The translations under genes were made by a program, and so were the position numbers. Shown one piece after another: positions 18,180-26,911 of a stretch of 40,359 nucleotides of DNA. Positions within the stretch are counted from its first letter, which is position 1. Each line of letters begins with the position of its first letter. This DNA is from Bacteroidia bacterium (GTDB taxonomy: Bacteria > Bacteroidota > Bacteroidia > 2-12-FULL-35-15), in the NCBI GenBank assembly GCA_016787165.1, contig JAEUTT010000353.1:1-40359 (forward strand). Direction: 5' to 3'. The notes beneath the pieces are model-generated. The model ran no database searches, had not been told where the DNA came from, and worked only from the letters and a program-made list of their open reading frames with translations.

Positions 18180-18207
18180 AAAAAAGCATCCCTTTTTAAA
18201 GGAATGC
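18180..18207 (-). terminator. Rho-independent terminator after the SLT/TPR gene
   Basis: The minus strand reads agcattcc-tttaaaaa-gggatgct-ttttt. That is an 8-bp stem with one G-U pair followed by a T run, about 30 nt after the stop codon at 18237. Confidence 0.55.
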
Positions 18208-18236
18208 TAATTTACAAAAAATAATACTCGTATCTT

Positions 18237-19667
18237 TTATTTTATAGTAAGACGGGCCAGTGCTTTTTGGCTGTCGGTATTATCTGGGTTAAGTTTTAGC
18301 GATTTTTTATAATATTCAATGGCGAGATCTTTGTTACCCATAATCCGATAAGTTTCTGCTAAACCATGATAAACGCTCCAAGAATTAGGGAAATGAGCTT
18401 CATTGTGTTTGAACAATTTATAAGCATCATCGGTGTTTTTTGCCTTTAATAATTGAAATCCTATTTGATTAATATGATCATCGCTGTATGGATAGGTGAA
18501 TGGAGTTAAACCACTTAATTCGGTTTCAACAGCTTTCACTTTTGTAATAAAATATTCAAAAGGGATGATTCCTTCTTTTAAATCAATTTCATATTTATGA
18601 ATGCAGGCTTCTAAATAATTACATTCATCAGATGCGTTTGGTGTGCATTTACACGCAATATATTTGTTAAACATTCTGTCGCCATCAATTAAAAAAACTG
18701 AATCATTATGATGCATTACCATGTTATCAAAACTACAAAAAGCAGCTAGGGCTAATTGGGAATAATTTTGCGATGCGTTTTTAAAGCCACCATAGGTAGT
18801 TTGCCATACTTGTTGAATGAGTTGCATTCCTCCTTCGCATGGATTTATTTTACGAATAACACCTGCTACATTTCCTGCCCCTGCATGATACGAATGCAAT
18901 ACTAACAGTCGGAACCATAAATCGGTTTCATTGTATGCAACATGTGCGCTATCCAACATTTTTTTGGTGTATGGAATACAAATGCGATTTAATAATCGGG
19001 AAGCACCCATGGCTGCTTTTTCTACATCGGTACGTTCGTCCACATATTTATTTACTACTAACCCTTGTTTAATAGCAACGGCTTTCATTAACTGAAAAGG
19101 ACCATTTGCGCCAACACCTGATTTCGTGTTGTGTTTCCCGGGGCTTTCAATCAATAAGATTGCTTGTGCATACCAAGGGTCAACGCCATGCTGTTTAAAT
19201 ACATCAATGGATTTACTAATGGTAGGCATTACTTTTTTGAATTCGTAAAAATCCTTTTTGCCGGCTGTAATAAGTATTGAGATACTATCAGGAATAGAGT
19301 TGTATTTTCGGATGCTATCTTTATACATTGATTTTTCGGCATCTGAAAATTTATTCCAGTTTTTCATGTACACTTTATCTACAATCATTCTGCTTCCTGC
19401 CACACTTACCAATGCCGAATCCGGCTGTAAAGCCATGATTTTTTGCCAAAATTTAGGTTGTGGCAAGGTATGCCAACCTTCGGAGTATAAAAACGAGTCG
19501 TTAATAAACTGCATTTTTGAAACCTCGTTGTAGCCAACCACATATTTTTCAATAACAGCAACCTTGCTCATATCTGTTTGTGCAATAGATGGATGAATTG
19601 CTGTTGTGAAAACAAAAAGCAACACTAACTTTGAAAAAATGGACGATATGATGTTATGGTTTTTCAA
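18237..19667 (-). CDS. Periplasmic lytic transglycosylase-like (SLT) domain protein with C-terminal TPR repeats
   Basis: Signal peptide KNHNIISSIFSKLVLLFVFTTAIHPSIAQ. The SLT-like core is AQAILLIESPG...GANGPFQLM. The TPR region is WSVYHGLAETYRIMGNKDLAIEYYKKSLKLNPDN. The longest ORF starts with TTG at 19667, and the first in-frame ATG lies after the signal peptide. Confidence 0.7.
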   Translation of the reverse strand: MKNHNIISSIFSKLVLLFVFTTAIHPSIAQTDMSKVAVIEKYVVGYNEVSKMQFINDSFLYSEGWHTLPQPKFWQKIMALQPDSALVSVAGSRMIVDKVYMKNWNKFSDAEKSMYKDSIRKYNSIPDSISILITAGKKDFYEFKKVMPTISKSIDVFKQHGVDPWYAQAILLIESPGKHNTKSGVGANGPFQLMKAVAIKQGLVVNKYVDERTDVEKAAMGASRLLNRICIPYTKKMLDSAHVAYNETDLWFRLLVLHSYHAGAGNVAGVIRKINPCEGGMQLIQQVWQTTYGGFKNASQNYSQLALAAFCSFDNMVMHHNDSVFLIDGDRMFNKYIACKCTPNASDECNYLEACIHKYEIDLKEGIIPFEYFITKVKAVETELSGLTPFTYPYSDDHINQIGFQLLKAKNTDDAYKLFKHNEAHFPNSWSVYHGLAETYRIMGNKDLAIEYYKKSLKLNPDNTDSQKALARLTIK

Positions 19668-19895
19668 CTGATTCTTAAATTTTTATAAAAATACTTTTCT
19701 AAAGTTACGTCTACACACTTGTAAAAGCAAACTTTTTAACAAACGTTTTCAACAATTATGGTTGTCTAACGTTTAATCAGGTACTTAGGTTTCGTGTATA
19801 GATAGATTGTTTTTTAATAGTCACTATTTGTTCTGAATGCGATTTAGTATAAAATAAGGCTATTTCAGTTCATTTTTATATAAAATATATTTCAC

Positions 19896-19903
19896 TACTT
19901 TTG
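19896..19903 (+). promoter_or_regulatory. Candidate -7 promoter box (TAnnTTTG) for the acyl-CoA dehydrogenase gene
   Basis: tacttttg, 27 nt upstream of the ATG at 19930. Confidence 0.3.
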
Positions 19904-19929
19904 TTCCGCAAATTTTAAATATACATTCA

Positions 19930-21108
19930 ATGGCAACAGACAGATTTGAAGCTCATGATTATTACTTAATGGATGAGTTACTTACAGATGAACATAAATT
20001 AATTCGTGAAACAGCACGTGCTTGGGTTAAAAAAGAAGTAACACCAATTGTAGAAGAAGCATGCCAAACAACTAAATTTCCTAAACAATGGATAAAAGGA
20101 TTGGCAGAGATTGGAGCTTTTGGTCCATACATTCCTGCTGAGTACGGTGGCCCGGGATTAGATCAAATTTCTTATGGTATTATCATGCAAGAGCTGGAGC
20201 GTGGCGATAGCGGTTTGCGTTCAACAGCTTCTGTTCAAAGTTCATTAGTAATGTATCCTATCTATACGTATGGAACCGAAGAGCAAAAGAAAAAATATTT
20301 GCCAAAATTAGCTTCTGGCGATATGATGGGTTGTTTTGGATTAACAGAGCCGGATCATGGTTCAAACCCAGCCGGAATGATTACCAATATTAAAGATAAA
20401 GGCGACCATTATTTATTAAATGGAGCTAAAATGTGGATTTCAAATGCTCCATTTGCTGATATAGCGGTAGTTTGGGCAAAAGATGAAGCTGGCGATATCA
20501 GAGGCTTAGTAGTAGAAAGAGGAATGGAAGGATTTACAACACCTGAAACACATGGTAAATGGAGCTTGCGTGCCAGTGCAACAGGAGAGTTGGTTTTCTC
20601 AAATGTAAAAGTTCCTAAAGAAAATTTATTTCCAACGATTAAAGGATTAAAAGGACCATTAGGCTGCTTAAACAGTGCTCGTTATGGTATTGCTTGGGGT
20701 GCAATTGGCGCTGCAATGGATTGTTATGATTCTGCATTACGTTATTCAAAAGAGCGTATACAGTTTGGTAAACCAATTGGAGGGTTTCAGTTAACACAAA
20801 AAAAATTAGCAGAAATGATTACTGAAATTACAAAAGCACAATTGTTAACTTGGAGATTAGGAGTATTAAAAAATGAACACCGTGCAACACCTGCTCAAAT
20901 ATCAATGGCTAAACGTAATAATGTAAACATGGCATTGCAAGTTGCTCGTGAAGCACGTCAGATACATGGTGGTATGGGAATTACAGGTGAATATCCAATT
21001 ATGCGTCACATGATGAATTTAGAATCGGTAGTAACGTATGAAGGAACACACGATATTCACTTATTAATTACAGGAATGGATGTTACCGGATTTAATGCGT
21101 TTATGTAG
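19930..21108 (+). CDS. gcdH: Glutaryl-CoA dehydrogenase-type acyl-CoA dehydrogenase
   Basis: 392 aa. GCFGLTEPDHGSNP, WISNAPFADIAVVWAK, KWSLRASATGELVF and TYEGTHDIHLL are typical of the GCDH subgroup of the ACAD family. Confidence 0.85.
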   Translation: MATDRFEAHDYYLMDELLTDEHKLIRETARAWVKKEVTPIVEEACQTTKFPKQWIKGLAEIGAFGPYIPAEYGGPGLDQISYGIIMQELERGDSGLRSTASVQSSLVMYPIYTYGTEEQKKKYLPKLASGDMMGCFGLTEPDHGSNPAGMITNIKDKGDHYLLNGAKMWISNAPFADIAVVWAKDEAGDIRGLVVERGMEGFTTPETHGKWSLRASATGELVFSNVKVPKENLFPTIKGLKGPLGCLNSARYGIAWGAIGAAMDCYDSALRYSKERIQFGKPIGGFQLTQKKLAEMITEITKAQLLTWRLGVLKNEHRATPAQISMAKRNNVNMALQVAREARQIHGGMGITGEYPIMRHMMNLESVVTYEGTHDIHLLITGMDVTGFNAFM

Positions 21109-21140
21109 TTAAATAAGAATTAAACAAATTTTGCCAAAAT

Positions 21141-21174
21141 AAAAAAGCCTTTCGAATTAACGAAAGGCTTTTTG
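21141..21174. terminator. Bidirectional rho-independent terminator between convergent genes
   Basis: aaaaa-agcctttcg-aattaa-cgaaaggct-ttttt. This is a perfect 9-bp stem extendable through the flanking A and T runs, so it could work on both strands. Confidence 0.7.
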
Positions 21175-21212
21175 CATTAAACTAAACCCCCAACTTCACG
21201 AAAAATCAAATC

Positions 21213-22271
21213 TTAAATACGCGATTTGAAATGTTTATTACCAAACATAGATGGATAAACATAACGTAATGATATCTCAAAACCTCCACGTGCTGAGGTT
21301 GCTGTTCTTAATTTAGATAAGTTTACATCGTAACTAAATCCTATGCAATAGTTTGAATATTCAAATTTTACAATCGCAATGAATGCATCTTGAAAGCGAT
21401 AGTATGCACCCAATGAAACGGCAGACGATTTTTTTAAGCCGGTATATTTTGATCCTTCTTGTAAAATGTATTGGAATGTCATTCCAGGGTTAATCTCTTT
21501 GGTAGCACCTTGTAAAAACACAATGTATGATGGTTTTAATACCAAGTTGCTATTGGGAATTCCAATGGCTGCATTTCCATTAAACACAAATTTTGTACTT
21601 AAACGTTCACCCGTATCGCCATAAAATGAATACACCGGGCGATGTGGATGAAACACCGCAAAACCAATATTTACTTTACGTGCATTGTTAGCTGAAATAT
21701 ATGCTTCATCAGTTCCATAGCTGTATTGAATTCCGGCACCTAAATCAAAAATATTAAAACTAGCCGGAGCCATTTCTCCACTTGATATCATTGAATTATA
21801 GCTTGTTCCATCGTACTGATTTCCCCAAGTTAATTTTGAAGCATTCATGCTTCTTTGTCCGTAACCTGCCATTAATCCGGCTGATAAAATACTTTTATCA
21901 TTTAAATTAATGATTCCGTTTAAAGATAAATTTACTTGATTAGAGCCAAAAGCAGCATCGCCTGCTTTGTCGCTAAAAAAATCGAGGGCTAAACCCATAT
22001 GATGTTTTTTGTTTTTTAATAAACGAGCATCAGCCGAAAAGGCGTATGTTCGGTAGGGCGAGCCAATGGATTGCCACTGATTTTTAAAATTTAAAATCGC
22101 TCTTACTTCATGATGCACACCTCCATTTGCAGGATTTAACTGAATGGGTGTTTCATCAAACTGCGAAAAATGTATGTCTTGCGACTGTGCTACACCATAG
22201 CATAGCACAGTTACGCAAGTTATACACCATTTGCCAAATTTAGCCTTGTAGGCTGTTTTGTTTTTGTTCAT
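21213..22271 (-). CDS. PorP/SprF family type IX secretion system outer-membrane protein
   Basis: After the signal region the sequence is AQSQDIHFSQFDETPIQLNPANGG, the hallmark N-terminus of TIGR03519 PorP/SprF proteins, followed by a beta-barrel-like remainder. I prefer the ATG at 22271 (MNKNKTAYK...) over the track's TTG at 22292. The gene lies 113 nt downstream of the type-B CTD adhesin gene on the same strand. Confidence 0.85.
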   Translation of the reverse strand: MNKNKTAYKAKFGKWCITCVTVLCYGVAQSQDIHFSQFDETPIQLNPANGGVHHEVRAILNFKNQWQSIGSPYRTYAFSADARLLKNKKHHMGLALDFFSDKAGDAAFGSNQVNLSLNGIINLNDKSILSAGLMAGYGQRSMNASKLTWGNQYDGTSYNSMISSGEMAPASFNIFDLGAGIQYSYGTDEAYISANNARKVNIGFAVFHPHRPVYSFYGDTGERLSTKFVFNGNAAIGIPNSNLVLKPSYIVFLQGATKEINPGMTFQYILQEGSKYTGLKKSSAVSLGAYYRFQDAFIAIVKFEYSNYCIGFSYDVNLSKLRTATSARGGFEISLRYVYPSMFGNKHFKSRI

Positions 22272-22405
22272 CTTTTTGTTTTTAAAAGACAATTTTTGTA
22301 GTAGTAGTTTTTCTTGTTGAGCAAATTATTTTCCTAGAAAATAACAATGCAAATTAATTGTGTTGTTTTCATTTTGATTGTAAGTGTTTATTTATTGGTT
22401 TTTAT

Positions 22406-25400
22406 TTATTTTACTAATGTTATGTTTCCTTGTTTTGATACATCTTGTCCGTTTACTGTTGCTTTTAAGTAGTAAACAAATACTGCAGCATCTAATTTTT
22501 TACCGTTGAAATTTCCATCCCAACCAACAGCAGGGTTGCTTGTAGAGAAAACTTTTTCGCCCCAACGATCATAAATATTAAACTCTAAGTTAGTAATACA
22601 ATTACCCATTAGATAAAGCATATCATTTTGTCCATCATCATTAGGTGAAAACGCTGTAGGAACAAATAATTCACCGCAAATAATATCTACAAATACCACA
22701 ACAGTATCACTTCCAATGCATCCATTATTATTAGCAGTTAAAACATAAATGGTTGTTTGTGTAGGTGAAGCTACCGGATTTTGGCAAGTAGTACAGCTTA
22801 ATCCGGTTGAAGGGCTCCAAACATAAGTAGAACCAGCAGGAGCTGTACCATTTAATATGGTGCTTGTACCAGCAATAATAGTTACATCTGTTCCAGCATT
22901 TACACCAGTTAAGTTTCCTGTAGCACCTACAATGCCACTTGCAGTTGCAGTACATCCATTTACATCTGTTACCGTAACTGTATATGTTCCGGTAGCTAAT
23001 CCTGTGATTGTACTATTACTGCTTCCTGTGTTCCAACTAGGGGTAATTACTCCATTTCCTCCTGTAACATTTACCGTAGCAGTTCCATCGTTATTTGAAC
23101 TACAATTAGCAGGCGTTGTAGTAACTGTTGCTACCATTGCATTTGGTTGAGTAATAGTTACGGTTGTTGCGTTTGAGCATCCGCTTCCATCGGTAGCAGT
23201 AACAGTGTAGGTTCCTGCAGCAAGGTTGTTAGCAGTTGCTCCACTGATGCTACCCGGCATCCAATTGTAAGTAATAGTTCCAGTTCCTCCAGTAGCGTTA
23301 GCAGTAGCAGTTCCAGTGTTTCCTCCGTTACACAAAACATTTGATTGTGATGTAATAGAAACTGTTGGTCCGCCAGTGTTTGCAACGGTAGCTACAGCAG
23401 TTGCAGTGCATCCGTTTGCATCTGTTGCAGTAACTGTGTATGATCCACCGGCAAGATTGTTTGCAGTAGCTCCGCTGATGCTACCCGGCATCCAGTTATA
23501 AGTAATTGTTCCTGTTCCACCGGTACCGTTAGCAGTAGCTGTTCCTGTAGTTCCTCCACAAGGAGTTGGTGTTGTTCCTGTAATAGATACTGTTACTGCA
23601 GAAGCCGGTTGAGTAATGGTAACTGTTGTTGTGCCTGCACAAGACCCCGCATCAGAAGCAGTAACAGTATAAGTTCCTGCTGCTAATCCATTTTGTGTAG
23701 CACCGTTTAAGCTTCCCGGCATCCATGTGTAGGTAATAGTTCCAGTTCCGCCTGTTGCGTTAGCTGTTGCAGACCCGTTTGTTTGTCCGAAGCAAGTAAT
23801 GTTTGTTTGTGAAGATATGCTAACTGTTGGCCCTCCAGAGCTACTAACCGAAACAGTAGTAGTACCCGTACATCCGTTTGCATCAGTAGCAGTAACAGTG
23901 TATGTTGTACCAGCAGCAAGTGTATTTTGTGTAGCACCGCTTAAGCTACCCGGCATCCAGTTGTATGTAATAGTGCCCGTTCCGCCAGTTCCTGCTGCAG
24001 TAGCTGAGCCATTGTTGCTACCACATGTAGCAGGCGTAGAGCTAGAAATGTTTACAGAAACAGCACTTGCTGGTTGTGTAATTGTAACGGTAGATGTTCC
24101 GGTGCAACTATTAGCAGTTGCTGTAACAGTATATGTTCCTGCTGACAAGCCTGTTTGTGAAGCACCGTTTAAATTTCCTGGCATCCAGTTGTATGTAACA
24201 GAACCTGTTCCTCCTGTTGCATTTACAGTCGCAGTACCATTGTTGCCACCAAAGCAAGTTACGTTTGTTTGTGTGCTAGTAGAAACTGTAATTGTAGGAC
24301 AAGCGGTACAAGCAGGGATTCCTGTTAATGTTGTTATTGTAAGAACCGTTCCTGCATTATCTGTAACCTGTATTGGTTGTGAAGGAAATGAAGGGGGAAG
24401 TGTTCCGGAGTTTGTATTTGTTGAAAAAGTAGTCCATGAAGCAGGGGTATTACAAGTAGTAGCCGGTAAACCTCCTACCAAGCAAATGTTAACAATAGGA
24501 GTCCAAGAACCACCACAAGCAGTACATTGTGCAGAATTGGTAATAGGTGAACTTGATGCAGGAGTATAATATTGCCAGTTGTAAGGATTTACACCATTTG
24601 AAACAGTTAATGTACCATTTGTTTCTTGACAAACAGAAAGTGCAACACAAGGCGAAACAACAATAGTAATAGAGTCGGCACCACAAGATAATGTATACAC
24701 AATAGTATGTGTTCCAACACCAGCAGTTGCAGGATTAAACGACCCGGTTGTTGGATTTACGCCCGGCCCACTGAATGTCCCACCTGGTGAAGCCACTGTT
24801 AAGGTAACAGGAGCAGCGTTTGCACAAAGTGTAGTTACTGGACAAATAGTAGCATCACAACAAACTTGTGTCATAGGAGCACAAGCCGACATATTTACTG
24901 ATTGAATAGTTCCTGTTCTTGTTCCTGTTCCAGAGTTCCCTGTTGTTCCACACGCAAGAACTTCTCCTCCTGATGTTACATGTACATCATATACACGGTA
25001 AGTGGTAGCAACAGAAGTAATTAAATTTAAGTTAGCATCGTATTTAACAATTGAATTTCCAGAACCAACATAAACGTTTCCACAATCATCAATATCTAAA
25101 CCGCTATTTTGTACTTGACTTGAAGCAAATCCTCCTCCAGCAACAGCAGCAGTTGAAATTATAGCCCCTGTTGCGAGTGAACGTTTTTGTACTTCATTTC
25201 CTTTATGTGTATATACAAAATTTCCATTGGCACGTATGGCCATAATTCCGGAATTGTTTTTTCTCCAATTTTCACATTTGTAGCTTAAAGACATTCCATT
25301 GCTTCTTTTAAAAAGAGGGGCGCTTACTCCACATAAATTAAAATTTTGATTTATATATCCTAATGAGTCGTGTGTTAGATAGTAGTATTTCCCGTTTTTT

Positions 25401-26731
25401 GAAGGAGTTACTGATCGAACTTCTTGTGTAGGAAATAATTGTCCTCCGGTTACTTGAACGCTTGCTGTAATATTTCCGGTATTTGTATTTACGTCATAAA
25501 TAAATGGTAACGGAGGAAGTGTACCACCAGTTCCACCAATAATTAATTTTGTTTGGTCGCAGTTAAAGGCAATATTCCAGAATTCGGTTGATGCAAAAAT
25601 TCCTCCAGGGCTACCGTTATTCCAAACTTGTGTTGCCGCATTATTCACTTTAATAATAGCAGCTGTTGAACCATTGGTTACATATGAATTTCCCGTCAAA
25701 TCGGTAGCAAATGTCCCTAGCCAAGCGGTTGTGTCGTAAGGCGTATTATAGGTCCATTGCAAAACACCTGTGTTGTTATACTTTAATAATTGCAAAGGCA
25801 TAACCCCACCAATTAAATAGGCATTTCCTGCGCCATCTCTTTCACATTCCCAAACACAATCCCAGTTGGTATTAAAGTTTGGTGATTGTGTCCATGGGTC
25901 AATTATAAGCGTTTGTGTATTATCGAATTTGCCTAGTTTAAAAGAAACGATATTTCCTTTTTTTACAAATTTTGAAGAAACAATGTTGTTTTTATCGTTT
26001 TCATAAAATGTTAGAGGTGCATGGTCGGTAATGTATCCAAACTTGGTTTCAATTAATAAATCGGATTTTTTAAAACTCAAAGGTTTTGAGTATTTCATTT
26101 TAATAAGCGAAGCATCTGCTCCAGGGTGTACTATAAAAGCATATTTTATTCCTGATTGTGGGTGAAAGGTGTATTCTACATCAATATTTGGATAGATGTT
26201 TTTGTAAGTAATTTTTTTATATCCTTTAATAAAGTTTTCGTTTTTGTTGGTTCCATCCGCATCGTTAAATGAATAGCTGTGGTAGTCGCTGGTGGCATTT
26301 TCGGCAATAACTTGCACATTTGTATTGGCACCTTCCCAAACCATTTCAGTAACATCTACATCAAAATGTGTTCTGCGTTCTTCTTCTTCAAATGCTTTAT
26401 ATTCTTCGCCAGTTTTAATGTTTTTCTTTCTTTCTTGCCTTGTTTTTTCTTCCTCTTCCGTAAATTCTTTTTGCCATGTTTTTACAAAGCTGTATACCAA
26501 TCCTTTTTTAGTAAAATAAATTCTAGAATTGCCTTCGTCAACAGCAAATAAAACCGGCTCATTGTTCTCTTTAGTGCCCGATGTTTTAAATTGTCCTTTA
26601 TTTTCAATAAAGCTTTTCCCTTTTTCAAAATTCGCTGTCCACGCTGCTACTGCACTGTTTTGTGCAACAGAAAATGTGGCAGTTAATACCACAAATAATA
26701 ACGTAAAAATAAAATTTGGTCTTAGTCCCAT
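22406..26731 (-). CDS. Giant cell-surface adhesin: N-terminal beta-propeller (SBBP-like) region, Ig-like modules, six SprB-type repeats and a T9SS type-B (gliding-motility-associated, CHU_C) C-terminal domain
   Basis: 1441 aa with signal peptide MGLRPNFIFTLLFVVLTATFSVAQ. Propeller-like repeats appear as G..Y..G. Six 77-aa repeats have the form C.G..(N/T)G(T/S)AT..(A/G)TGGTG.ITY.WMPG. The C-terminus FVPTAFSPNDDGQNDMLY...YDRWGEKVF...WDG...G.......VYYL (nt about 22409-22675) matches the TIGR04131 type-B sorting domain. Confidence 0.9.
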   Translation of the reverse strand: MGLRPNFIFTLLFVVLTATFSVAQNSAVAAWTANFEKGKSFIENKGQFKTSGTKENNEPVLFAVDEGNSRIYFTKKGLVYSFVKTWQKEFTEEEEKTRQERKKNIKTGEEYKAFEEEERRTHFDVDVTEMVWEGANTNVQVIAENATSDYHSYSFNDADGTNKNENFIKGYKKITYKNIYPNIDVEYTFHPQSGIKYAFIVHPGADASLIKMKYSKPLSFKKSDLLIETKFGYITDHAPLTFYENDKNNIVSSKFVKKGNIVSFKLGKFDNTQTLIIDPWTQSPNFNTNWDCVWECERDGAGNAYLIGGVMPLQLLKYNNTGVLQWTYNTPYDTTAWLGTFATDLTGNSYVTNGSTAAIIKVNNAATQVWNNGSPGGIFASTEFWNIAFNCDQTKLIIGGTGGTLPPLPFIYDVNTNTGNITASVQVTGGQLFPTQEVRSVTPSKNGKYYYLTHDSLGYINQNFNLCGVSAPLFKRSNGMSLSYKCENWRKNNSGIMAIRANGNFVYTHKGNEVQKRSLATGAIISTAAVAGGGFASSQVQNSGLDIDDCGNVYVGSGNSIVKYDANLNLITSVATTYRVYDVHVTSGGEVLACGTTGNSGTGTRTGTIQSVNMSACAPMTQVCCDATICPVTTLCANAAPVTLTVASPGGTFSGPGVNPTTGSFNPATAGVGTHTIVYTLSCGADSITIVVSPCVALSVCQETNGTLTVSNGVNPYNWQYYTPASSSPITNSAQCTACGGSWTPIVNICLVGGLPATTCNTPASWTTFSTNTNSGTLPPSFPSQPIQVTDNAGTVLTITTLTGIPACTACPTITVSTSTQTNVTCFGGNNGTATVNATGGTGSVTYNWMPGNLNGASQTGLSAGTYTVTATANSCTGTSTVTITQPASAVSVNISSSTPATCGSNNGSATAAGTGGTGTITYNWMPGSLSGATQNTLAAGTTYTVTATDANGCTGTTTVSVSSSGGPTVSISSQTNITCFGQTNGSATANATGGTGTITYTWMPGSLNGATQNGLAAGTYTVTASDAGSCAGTTTVTITQPASAVTVSITGTTPTPCGGTTGTATANGTGGTGTITYNWMPGSISGATANNLAGGSYTVTATDANGCTATAVATVANTGGPTVSITSQSNVLCNGGNTGTATANATGGTGTITYNWMPGSISGATANNLAAGTYTVTATDGSGCSNATTVTITQPNAMVATVTTTPANCSSNNDGTATVNVTGGNGVITPSWNTGSSNSTITGLATGTYTVTVTDVNGCTATASGIVGATGNLTGVNAGTDVTIIAGTSTILNGTAPAGSTYVWSPSTGLSCTTCQNPVASPTQTTIYVLTANNNGCIGSDTVVVFVDIICGELFVPTAFSPNDDGQNDMLYLMGNCITNLEFNIYDRWGEKVFSTSNPAVGWDGNFNGKKLDAAVFVYYLKATVNGQDVSKQGNITLVK
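22913..24292 (-). repeat. Six tandem coding repeats of about 231 bp (SprB-type repeats) inside the adhesin gene
   Basis: The WMPG-encoding block c(c/t)ggcatcca(g/a/t)t(t/g)... recurs at about 23255, 23487, 23715, 23950 and 24182, a period of 228-235 bp. The sixth copy is more diverged. Confidence 0.75.
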
Positions 26732-26768
26732 TGAGTGTTTTTTTAGATATCTCGTTTATTTCTTATCT

Positions 26769-26776
26769 CAAAAATA
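26769..26776 (-). promoter_or_regulatory. Candidate -7 promoter box (TAnnTTTG) for the adhesin-PorP operon
   Basis: The minus strand reads tatttttg, 38 nt upstream of the ATG at 26731. I found no comparable box in the 113-nt spacer before the PorP/SprF gene. Confidence 0.3.
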
Positions 26777-26911
26777 GCCCCTATCATTTTAAAAACAATT
26801 CAAAAAATTGCTTATTATTGGAAGTCTGAATGGTAATGTGTTTTTAAAAATAGTATATTTAACAACTCTTATAAGAATACATTTTTTAATTATTATTATA
26901 TATCAGTAGCT

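Noticed and set aside
19668-19929. 262-bp intergenic region examined for a riboswitch or small RNA
   Set aside because: It is AT-rich with no convincing conserved stems. It is adequately explained as a divergent promoter region, and only one -7 box (19896-19903) was recognisable.
22913-24292. Regular 231-bp periodicity considered as a possible CRISPR array
   Set aside because: The units are far longer than CRISPR repeats and there is no repeat/unique-spacer alternation. The whole region is one open reading frame encoding SprB-type protein repeats, and there are no cas genes.
22857-24569. Long plus-strand ORFs (97, 61 and 256 aa) and several minus-strand off-frame ORFs inside the adhesin gene
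   Set aside because: These are an artefact of the ACN/GGN/GCN-rich repeat region, which is stop-poor in several frames. Their translations are monotonous V/P/A-rich strings that mirror the repeat period.
26279-26777. Plus-strand ORFs of 75-90 aa at the 5' end of the adhesin gene
   Set aside because: They lie antisense to the adhesin N-terminus and its K/E-rich stretch. They are low-complexity F/S-rich translations.
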